Part shown: positions 50,580 through 61,715 of the stretch, in pieces
How positions within the stretch are numbered: the stretch's first letter is position 1
Layout: each line of letters opens with the position of its first letter
Position numbers and translations under genes: made by a program
The notes under the pieces: generated by a model
Database searches by the model: none
Seen by the model: the letters and a program-made list of their open reading frames with translations, nothing else
What the model was told of the DNA's origin: nothing
NCBI RefSeq assembly: GCF_037042905.1
Contig: NC_087252.1
Location: 7,628,001 to 7,692,000 of the forward strand
DNA from: Lytechinus pictus
Taxonomy: Eukaryota
Direction: 5' to 3'
DNA: 64,000 bases

Positions 50580-53059
50580 TTAACTTTGAAATGTTGAACA
50601 TATATTTTGTTTACATTCTTATATAAATTTCCATAAAGTTATTAACTTTAAATATGACCAACGTTTATGATTGTTGTCATTGTTACTGTTAGCATTGTTT
50701 CTGTAAATAGTATTTTTTTCCAGTGCGGATTGATTTCACACATTTTTCTATGTTTTATTATTGCAAAGCACTTCTTTACCCACTTGGACATGTTTGCAGC
50801 AATTTTTAAGTTTTGCTTGTCTTCGGTTACTCGTCATGCAAAGGTATGTTTATACTATAAACACTCAAATTAATCTTGCATTTATCTGAAAAATAAAATG
50901 AATAAATTAGATTCTTCACACACAGCTTCTCATACTTTCCTTATAGTCCAGGAAAAATAACTGATTTTGGGGGTCAACCGCAAACAAATTGCAATAGAAT
51001 TTTTTTTACCACAATGCATTTCCCTGAAGTCCCCAAAATAACATACTAAAAGTCCAGAAAAATCCCAGTAGTGGAAAGACGTCTAATTTGCATAAATCCA
51101 AAATGGCCGCCAAATTTTCAGAAAATTTGAATTTTCGTACATAGAATTTGATATGAACATCTAATTGCCACAAAATTAGTGTCATATGAAAGAGAAATAA
51201 ATTTTCTATAATTTGGTACTATTTATAGGGGATAAATAGATAATTTGGCTGAGATTTTTTAGTAGAAAACTGCATTTTTGTCATTTTTTCCCAAAAATTG
51301 AAAATTTTGAAAATACATGATTTTACATAAATCTAAGAAAAATAGAGCAATTACCTTGAAATGTTCTAGGAAACTTTATTGATATATTATTATTATATGG
51401 ATGCAATTTCAAATTTGTGTCATTCTTTTTAACAAATTTATAAGGTATCAAAGTTGACTACTCAAATTTCACAAATGTCGCGTTTTGTATGCATGTTCGT
51501 AGACTAATATGTATAACGTATCTAGTGTATACCGTACAGTAGTTAAAATTGTATGCATTTATCTACGCTTTTTAAACACCTAGTTAAGATTAGGCTTTTC
51601 TCTATCAGTGGCACCTACCCCTCTCAGGGGGCTGTCAAAGTCACGCCCTCTGGCTATATCATGTGTGTATCAAAATTAACGCAACCACATTTCATTTCCA
51701 ATTTGTGAAAAATTTGTTGGCTTTATAGTCCAGGAAAATTACTTATTTAGGGGGTCAACCACAAACAAATTAAAACAATTTTTTTTACCACAATGCATTT
51801 CCTTAAAGTCCCCAAAATTTCATACTAAAAGTGTTTCTAAAATCCATGTAGTGGAAAGACGTCCTATTTGCATAAATCCCAAATGGCGGCCATCGTAAGA
51901 ATTTTCAGTAATGATTACTTAGAGTAGTACAAACACTTGTCTGATCATCGCACTTAAAAATATTTTTAAAGCATTTACCTTTCACCAGTGTTATATCTTA
52001 CCATAGGCTTCGTATCAAAATTAGTATGCAAGTCAGATTTGGCCTCTGCTGACCTCTAGAGGTCAATGACCTTAAGGTCAACGACCTCAAATATCAGAAA
52101 ATTGATGTTTTGCATCATTAGCTCATGATAAATATAGTAATAACGCAAACAAAATTATTATTAAATATTGACTTTCAAGGTAACCTGATATTCTAGAAAG
52201 AATTTTGTGTATCATAAATGTTGACCTTTGACCCTGGATCACTGGCAAAGGTCAGTAAACTTAACATATCACAATATTGATATTTAGCATACTTATGATA
52301 AACAGGCCTCTCGTGAAAAAAATGCAATACAATTTATTTCAGCACAATGCATTTCCATGAAGATTCCAAAATGACATACTAAAAGTCCAGAAAAATCCAT
52401 GTAGTGGAAAGATATCAAGTTTGCATAAATAAAAAATGGAGGCCATCGTGAGAATTTTTCATTTTTACAAATAAAAGTAAAAACACTGGTCTGATCATAG
52501 CACTTTAAAAAATAACGATAAAAGCATTTAACTTTCACAAGTGTTATATCTTACCGTAGGCTTCATTTAAAAATTCCAATGCAATTTAGATTTGACCTCT
52601 CCTGACCTCTTGAGGACAATAACCTTAAGGCCAATGACTTAAAAATTTTGATATTTTGCATCCAGAGTTCTTGATTAGCCTAATTATGTTATATCAAATT
52701 ATGTTTGAAATTTGAGGATCTCTAAACAAATTTGACCTTAAAATGTAAAAGTATTGGTACTCGGTATCACTGGTTGATATGATAAATTGATGTTTTAAGG
52801 TAATTGACCTGTCACTTTTCTCAGCAGTCAAATGTTGAGATCTGCAATCTTTACCCAAATGATCTGTTAAAAATAACAAAACTATATCATCTGTATAGTT
52901 GTAACTCTAGGGGCACGTTTCATAAAGAGTAACTTTGCCATTATGGCAACTACCATGGCATTAGGGTTCAGCAGCCAATCAAAATCAAGGATACCATGGT
53001 AGTTGTCATAATGGCAACGTTACAACAGTTGTAACTCTTTATGAAATGGGCCCCAGGTC

Positions 53060-54350
53060 TTTTTTGGCTAGTACATTCCTGACTGAGGTTAGAGCATTGG
53101 AAGGTTTTGAAATGATATGTGAAATGCCTCAATTAATTTTTTGCAATTATCATTTATGTATACGTCCCGAGAGACTTGCAAGTTTTCCTTTTTGGCTAGA
53201 TTGTAACCTGGTGTATTTGCTCTTTAGAAGGGAGATGCAGCTTACCACGATGCTGGTTGGTACTGCACTTCTCTTCCCATAACTTGCACTTAGTCATAAT
53301 GGTGACTGTCAGAGGTTGGACAGAATTTAAAATGTTTCCTAGATTTTAGCCTTTTTCAACTAGTTTGGAATCATAGATTTGATAAACGCTATATCTTCGC
53401 TGAGAGCTCTGTGGTATATAGCTACTGATTTGCATATATCAGATGGGCAATACCTGACAGGACATACAGACTCTTCACATTTTCGGGCTTCAGATAGTTT
53501 GTGATAGTCCCACAAGGTTAGTGTTGTCTTTAGAGGTAGACGTGTCCAAGACAGCACATGCATATTCTTGTAGCAGAGTATTGGTGGAGGGGGTTTGTCA
53601 GTTCCGGAGAAGGTTATTATTATGGATCCTCACTTTCCCCCTTCACTCTTAATGTAACTGATCAAGGGTGACACCAAGATATATTGCATGGTTGCAGTGC
53701 TGGAATGGAATTCAAACCATAGGTTGTTTTGAGTTTCCTCAAAGCCTGATGATTATGGGGATGAAACAAGCTAACCTTGGTCTTTGGGTTTGAAGACTGG
53801 ACTCAAGCAAGAACACGACCCTGAGAGAGTCAATTCTTTTGAATTCTTTACCTACTGGTCTTCCTGTTGAGATCCATAAAGAGATGTCTGTTTTCTAGTA
53901 CAAGTTTGATGAGTTTGGTCAAATGAATATCATCAATGATTTGTATAGTTGTACGAGTAGACCACAGTATCAGATGCAGCTGCTAATTCAACAAAATTTT
54001 CTTCACCCGTTAGTTAGTTACCGTATTAAGTCGGAAGTCCTCAGTGAACTGAGTCTGGTTGATAACCTAGCCTGTATATTATTTCCAAAGTTAAAAACCA
54101 GCCTGGTTATGAATATGATATGTTGTTCTATAATGGGAACATCTTTTTGTTTAGGATGAGAATAATGAGATGCTCAAGTAGCTTGTAGAGATGTCAGAAC
54201 AGGGCGATTGGCCTGTAGTTTTTAGGCACATTTGGATCTTTCCCAGGTTTGAGGAATTACTTTAGCCTTCCTCAAAATTTCTGGGAGATGGGACTGTGTA
54301 GCACATTGTTAAACAGGCTGACAAGCCATTCTTAAGTTTGGAAGCTTAAT
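53060..54350 (-). pseudogene. Decayed LINE reverse transcriptase (I/Ingi-like); further fragments probably at ~54840-54939 and 57161-57250
   Basis: Minus-strand remnants DPNVPKNYRPIALF*HLYKLLE, ELAAASDTV, KN*LSQGRVLA, YLGVTLD with stops and frameshifts. Confidence 0.75.
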
Positions 54351-54361
54351 GTGTTCATACA

Positions 54362-54833
54362 ATCATCTCGTCCTGTCTACATATCTTAAGGAAAAAAGAT
54401 AAGATGACGAAATCTCGGATCTCGTTATGTCTACATCCTGTGGGAGAGATGATCAGACGACAAGATCTTGGATCTCGTCTTGTCTACATCCTGTAGGAGA
54501 GATGATCAGATGACAAGATCTCTGATCTCGTCATGTGTAGATCTTTTAGAAGAGATGATCAGATGGCAAAATCTCAGATCTCGTCATGTCTACATCTTGT
54601 AAGAGAGATGATCAGATGGCAAGATCTGGGATCTCGTCATGTCTACATCTCTGAGGAAAAAGGATAAGATGACAATTTCTAAGATCTGATCATCTCTCCC
54701 ACACAAAGTAAAAAATGGCGAGATCCAAGGTCTTGCCATCTGATCATCTCTCACACAGGATGTAGACATGACGAGATCTAAGATATTGTCATCTTATCCT
54801 TTTTCATAAGAGATGTAGACATGACGAGATGAT
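54362..54833. repeat. Foldback element made of 53-bp subrepeats (about 5-6 direct copies then ~3 inverted)
   Basis: GATCTCGTCATGTCTACATC at 53-bp spacing (54418, 54471, 54524, 54577, 54630); reverse complements at 54680-54833. Confidence 0.8.
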
Positions 54834-54939
54834 GAAATGAACATCTGGGCGGCAGATCAAAATGTTTCATTTACTCAGAGGGGTGTCACCGAAGCGTGCT
54901 GTCTTTTCCTTCTTTGTTCCTTCAATTTCAATATCCAGG

Positions 54940-57153
54940 CAGGGCTCCACACTAACCCTTTTTTTCTACTGGTCCAACCTATTCATGTCGGACCAGTAGA
55001 TACCCAGTTTTTCAATTTTTTACTGGTCCGAACCTAAAATCTACTGGTCCCAAAAAATAAAGAAAACATTAAAAAAAGGCGTGAGTTTATTTTGCTGTCC
55101 TTTCTTGTTACCCCCCCCCCCAAAAAAAAAAAAAATGAAGGAATGAATGAATGAAAGACAAAAAGAAAGAAAGGAAGAAAGAATAAAAGAAAGGAAGGAA
55201 GGAAGAAAAAAGCAAAGGTAAAGAAAGGATAGATGTGAAGGAAGGAAAAAAAGAAAGAACTAAAGAAAGAAAGAAGGAAAGGAAGGAAAGAACAAAAATA
55301 AGAAAGAAAGAACGAAAGAAAAAAAGGAAGAAAGAAAGAAAGAAAGAAAAAAAAAGAAGGAAAGAAATGATGCAAGCAATAAAGAAAGAAAAAACAAAAG
55401 ACAGAAAGTAATGAAAAAAGAAAAAGAAAGAAGGAAAGAAGCAATAAAACAAGAAAGAAAGGGTAAAAGGAGAGATGGAAAGAAGGAAAAAAGAAAGAAT
55501 AAAAGAAACGAAGGAAGAAAAAAGTAAAGAAAAAATGTGAAGGAAGGAAAAAAAAAACGAAAGAAGGAAAGGAAGGAAAGAAAGAACAAAAGAAAATAAG
55601 AATGAACGAAAGAAGGAAAGAAATGAAGCAAGCAATATAGAAAGAAAGAACAAAAGACAAAGTAATGAAAGAAAGAAGGAAAGAAGGAATAAAAAAAGAA
55701 AGAAAGGGTAAAAGGAGAGATGGAAAGAAGGAAAACAGAAAAAAAGGATTGAAAGAAGGAAGAAATCAAGAAAAGGGAAAATGATAGAAGATAAAAGGAA
55801 TGTTGGGAAGGAATAAAGAAGGAAGGAAACAAGCAAGCAATATAAAAAAAAAAAAAAATGTAAAAGAATAAATGAAAGGAAGAACAAAAAAGAAAGACCA
55901 AACTTCAAAGAAAGAAAGGAAAGGAAGCAAGCAGTAAATAAAAGGAAGAAAGAAAAGGTAAAAGGATAGATTGAACAAATGGGAAAAAGAAAGAACAAAA
56001 GACAAAGAAGAAAGGAAGGAATGAAAGAGAGAAAGGGCTGAAAGAAGGAATAAAAACAAGAAAGAGTAAAGAAAGGATGGATGGAATGAGGAAAGAAAGA
56101 AAGTAAGAAAGAATGAAGGAAAGAAAGGGGAAAAGAAGGAAGGAAATGAAGAAAGAAAGAAGAGATAAATATAGGATGGATGGACTCAAGAATTAAAGAA
56201 AGAAGGAAATCAAAAAAGAAAGAAAAAGAAAGAGCATTAGAAATAGAGAAAAATATTAACAGGACAGAAAGAATGAAAGAACAAAAGACAAAGAAAAAGG
56301 GAAAATTAAAAAAGAAAGACAGTAAAAGAAGAGAGGGAAGAAACAAAGAAAGATTGAAAAGAAAGAAGGAAAGAAAGATTGAAAGAAAACAAAGGAAGAA
56401 AGCTAAAACTATCATCATAAATAAATTATCAGTTTCTTTTTGGCTCAATTAAAAAATACTAGTACTAGCTACGAAAGAAACCAAGTGTATCAACACACAC
56501 ACAAATGCATATGTGGGGCTATCATGTATTCAGACGATATCACTCGAAACCCGATCTCTTTGAACTAAAACAGAAGTGAAAATTTCTCCTTTTACTGCTT
56601 ACAAATGACAGAGTTACCCCAATTTTGGCAAATTTTTAGGAAATATGGACATTATAAGAGCTTTTCATTAGTGTGAAATGTGAATTTTGACAGTTCTGTG
56701 AGAGATTTCTGCCAGAGGTTAGCCAAGCTTCGTTCGTGCAGCCAGTAGGAAATTTACCATGTGGGCTGTGTGGCTGGCTAGCCACGTGTACACTGTATGT
56801 TACCCTATCAAAAATTGCATGCGATTCATTCTGTGTGTGTTCTGTGTGTGAATGCCAGAATTTAACGGGAGGAAAATGGTTCGCAATTTGAGTCATGGAA
56901 TATTTTTCATGTTTATGTTGGACTAGCGAATTTGACCATTTCTGAAAAAAGTTACTGGCCCAACAATAGTTTTTATTACTGTTTATGTCGGACCCATAAA
57001 TCTTGCTATTTTTGGAAAAATTACTGGCCCGACAATGATATTTTTTACTGGTCATGTCGGACCAGTAAATCTTGCTATTTCTGAAAATCTACTGGTCCGA
57101 CAGTGATTTTTACCGGTCTGGGACCGTCGGACCGGCGCTAGTGTCGAGCCCTG
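54940..57153. mobile_element. Non-autonomous TIR element (P- or hAT-like), 7-bp TSD
   Basis: CAGGGCTCCACACTA / TAGTGTCGAGCCCTG; ATCCAGG duplicated at 54933-54939 and 57154-57160. Confidence 0.75.
55110..56405 (+). repeat. Degenerate polypurine (GAAA/GGAA) low-complexity tract
   Basis: ~1.3 kb almost entirely A/G on the plus strand, with internal ~240-bp duplications. Confidence 0.95.
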
Positions 57154-60100
57154 ATCCAGGTGAAGTCTCCATTGGACTGGTCCCATGGAAGATATCCACT
57201 TTGGTGTAGCTTGTACTGGGTTGTTCTATTCAGCAGACGCTGGATAGTAAACTAGTTATGTTTATTATTCTAAGTACAATGACGTTTGAAAGTTTTAGGG
57301 TTAAAGGTCACAACTTTTAATACTCGCCAATTTCCTCATGTATCAAGGGACCTGACAAGTTAAAATTACTAGTAACTATTCTCACAATCTAACAATGTGT
57401 AAAACGAATTATCATAATGCAAAACATAATTTTTTATGATATTCCGACGTCAATAATCGTTCAGGTCATTGTCTCTAGAGTTCAGCACAGGTCAAATCTG
57501 AATTGCATCCGATTTTTAAAATGAAACCTATGATAGAATATAACAGTGATGAAAGTTTAATGCTCTAATCATATTCTTGGTGTTATGATCAGACCAGTGT
57601 TTGTACTACTACGATTAATCATTTTGGATCACTTTTGATGCAAATTAGACGCTTTTCCACCACTTGGATTTTTCTGGACTTTTGGTATGTCAACTTAGAG
57701 ACTTCATGGAGATGCCCTGTGTTGAAATAAATAGTATTACAATTTTTACACCCTGAGGCCTGTTTATCATAAAACAGTGATGCTTAGCATCAATATTCCA
57801 AAATGTTAAGGTCATTGACACTTTCTAGCTCTCCAGTGTTCAAAGGTCAAAGTTTATAACCCACCAAATTCTTTCTAAAATATCAGGACACCTCGGAAGT
57901 CAATATCAAATAATTTTGTTTTTATTATTACTATTTTTATCATTAGCTAATGATGCAAAACATCATTTTTTTTTATATTTTGAGGTCATTGACCTTAATG
58001 TATTTGACCTCTATAGATCAGCGGAGGTCTAATCGGACTTGCATCCTAATTTTGAAATGAAGCATAATATTATGGTAAGATATAACAATGATGAAAGTTC
58101 AATGCTTCAATAATATTTTTTATAAGTGCTTTGATCAGACCAGTGATTGTACTAATAATCATGAAAAGTTTTCATGATGGTCGCCATTTTGGATTTATGC
58201 AAATTAGACGTCTTTCCACTACATGGATTTTTCTGGACTTTTAGTATGTCATTTTGGTGACTTCATCAGTGTTCATGGAAATGCATCGTGCTCAAATTAA
58301 TTGTATTGCAATTTTTACACTAGACACCTTTTCATAAATTAGAGATGATATGTGTCAACATTCTAAAATGTTAAGGTCATTGACCTTTTCCAGCTCTCCA
58401 GGGTCAAAGGTCAAGACTTATAACCCACCAAATTCTTCCTAAGATATCAAGATACCTTGAAAGTCAATCTTGAATCATTTTGTTTTCATTATAACCATAT
58501 TTTTTATGTACTAATGATGCAAAACATTAATTTTCTGATATTTAGAGGTCATTGACCTTAAGTTCATTGACCTCTAGAGGTCAGCGGAGGTCAAATTTGA
58601 CTTGCATTCTGATTTTAGAATGAAGCCTAATATAATATATAACACTGGTGAAAGTTTCATGCTTTTATCATAATTTTTGAAAGTGCTATGATCAGAACAA
58701 TGTTTGTATTACTATCAATAATCATCAAATATTCTTACGGTAGCCGCCATTTTGGATTTATGCAAATTAGACATCTTTCCACTAAATGGATTTTTCTGGA
58801 CTTTTAGTATGTCATTTTGGGGACTTCATGGAAATGCATTGCGTTGAAAAAAATTATATTGCAATTTGTTTGCGGTCAAACCTTATTTTTCCTGGACTAT
58901 TATTAGACTCATACAATCAGACACATTGAATTTATTTACTCCATTCAAATCCTATTTTTACCTCAACATATAACATTTAATGCATAATTTGCAAAATTAT
59001 CATTATAAATAAAGTATTCTATAATTCAGAATATTGAAGTAGTAGTAATACAATGTCGAAATTACTTAGATAATTAGATTCTTATGTCGGACAAGGTCAA
59101 GCCCAAATATAAGTCAAGCCAGGGTCTCTTTCGTTGAAATATCAATGAAAGGTGTCTCTAAAACTGTCTAAAGGACAGGGAAAAATGAAAATTTCGATTT
59201 TATCCAGTTTGTTTGTGAATCTTTATTTTCTAATTTACCTCATAAAGTCACTCATTCAATGAACAAGGTTATGACATAAAGTAAGCTCCATTATCTCCAT
59301 ACATCAATTCTACAATCAGTAATAAATAAAATATTATTTGAGCTAGCTTATATGATTTTATGAAAAGTCGTCATTCCGAATTAAAAGGAATTCAGGTAAC
59401 GATGAACACTAAATATTTTTCTGATACTATCAATGACAATGACAATGACAATAGTCAATAGATTGAATGTCATGTCGCGGACTTGGGACTTGGCACTATA
59501 GCATGGAAGACAAAATTGCCTTCGTGAAACGGAAAGCGCTGATTTGTCACCAATCTTTTTATCTCGGAAGAATGGTCCTAGGAAGTTCCTAGGTATCGCT
59601 CTTCTCGTCATGAAACAGGCCCATGGCCTGGGCTCCGGCCCGGAGCTCCCTGGCAGCCAGGTCAGGACCTGGGTTAGGGCCAGAGCTGAGCTGAGCCTGA
59701 GGCGGCTGAGCCGAGAATGGAGTCCCCGAAAGACACGGTACCGGTAGTCGGTACGGTAACGGTCCGAGCCGAGGTATTAAATCCTGGGACTCTGGGACGG
59801 GTTTTGCCGCTCGTGCGATACATTCATCATGGCAAACACACATTCTAATTTTGTTATAGTTTACTTAGGTATACACATATATAGTAATTTTCTTTTTATT
59901 CAGTACAAAACATGAAAATCAATACCTTATTGATTATTCTCTTCCGAAAAAATATCCAGATCCGGTGAAGCTCTAAAGGTCGTGATTTATATGGTATCTC
60001 CGCCGAGACGAAAATTGATGCAAATGTGGCCGTGGGGTTGGAGTAACATCTAAATTCGATATATAATACGGATCTAGTACTGGAAAATAAAATGATTTCA

Positions 60101-60542
60101 TTAAAAAAAAAAAAATTGGCGGTGCCCATGGTCTTTGGAAGCAGGGGTGCCGAAGCACGCTCCCCCAACTTCTCTGGGGGTGAAGCGTTTTTGCTTTGAC
60201 TTTGTTTGTTTTTCGCACAAAATGTTTCTTCAAATTAAGTTTTTATATATCATCTTTTTTTTTGCTTGCCATTGTCATCAAAAATGAAAAATCCCAAATC
60301 CCATTCACTTTGGAGTGGAAACTTAGTTCTTTTTTGGTTTGCTTGTAATAACAAACCATCAAATCCTGTTTTAAAATAGCTCCCGGGCCCATCATGTTAT
60401 TTGTATAAGGTGGCGCGATCGACGGCCTGCGTAAAGGCAGGTATAAGGTCATTTGGCCTGCGTAAAGTCAGGTATAAGGTCATTTTCTTAGTTAGGGGGG
60501 GGGGGGCCTAATAAGTTTCGGGTTATACTCTACTTTACTTGA

Positions 60543-61166
60543 AGGTCAAATCTACCCCAGAAAAACTTTAGAATGAATAAATACAGAAAAATTAAACTAG
60601 CATAACACTGAAAATTTCATAAAAATTGGGTGTAAAATAAGAAAGCTATGACATTTTAAAGTTTCGCTTATTTTTCACAGAACAGTGATATCATGGATAT
60701 GCAACTATAAGTGACATAATTATACACATTAGACAGTCGATGATGTCCCCACTCACTACTTATTTTGCTGTTTATTGTTTGAATTAGGCCTATAGAGTTT
60801 TTCTTTTGCTTACAGATTTGACAATAAGGACCAACTTGACTGAACCATGCAGATAGTATTAAACAATGCTAATTCTACATGTTCAGGAAGGAATTAATCG
60901 TTGTTTTACTTGACAAAGAGGAGAAAATAAGAAAAATTCATATTTCCTATGATAAAATAAAAAAGAAATTGTGAGTGGATGACGTCATCAGTCTCCTCAT
61001 TTGCATACTGACCTGGATGTGGATATATAACTGTTTTGTGAAATTAAGCGAAACTTTAATTTTTATTTAACATCCGATTTTGATGAAATTTTCAGATTTA
61101 TGCTTGTTTGGTTTTTAATTCTTTATTAATATTCAAATCAACTTTTTGTTGGGGTGGACTTGTCCT
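60543..61166. mobile_element. Kolobok-like MITE, family 3, TTGA TSD
   Basis: TTGA|AGGTCAAATCTACCCC...GGGGTGGACTTGTCCT|TTGA. Confidence 0.78.
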
Positions 61167-61715
61167 TTGACTTTACTTTAATCCAACGATGCTTGTAGGG
61201 CTATGTCTGTTCATCGGTCCAAGGGGAAAACCCGTATGCTCCACACTATCAGTTTCAATTATATAGTTGTATGTGGCAAGACAGAATATCCATTACTCAA
61301 AGTCGTACACAAAATCATATCCTTCCAGTGATTACAATAAATTGTTAGGCCTTCCTGATTAACTATATAAGACCTCTTATTAGGATTATTTCGCCCTTTC
61401 TTTTTTCTTCCACCTTTCTTAAACATTCTGCCCAAAGCTCCTCTTTCACGTGCATGTAACTCAATAGTGCCGCCGTAAAAAAAAAAAAAAAAAAAAAATC
61501 CAACTTCTGTAAATTTTTAGGGGGGTACGAGAACAGCCCAGAATCCTTCATTAGTGCCCACAATCATGTAGGCTGTGCAAATGATATAGCAATAATAGCA
61601 TGATAGATATCTTAACATAATAAAAGTCCGCTATAGCCCCAGGACAGTTTTGAAAGAGGGGGCGGGGCGCCATGCAAAAAAATAAAATAAAAATAAAATC
61701 ATGCTGCGTTTCATC

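Larger units (their letters stand above)
50944..58899. mobile_element. Long-TIR (foldback) DNA transposon, Academ-like termini, hosting nested elements; second left end at 51726
   Basis: TTA|TAGTCCAGGAAAA at 50944 and 51726; TTTTCCTGGACTA|TTA at 58899; arms 51726-52900 and 57280-58899 are inverted and built of ~540-600-bp subrepeats. Confidence 0.65.

Noticed and set aside
54362..54833. Regularly spaced short repeats resembling CRISPR
   Set aside because: The intervening sequences are also repeated and the array inverts, so it is a foldback repeat
55034..56452. Long Phe/Leu/Ser-rich ORFs (up to 446 aa) and a Lys/Arg-rich ORF
   Set aside because: Translation artefacts of the polypurine/polypyrimidine simple repeat
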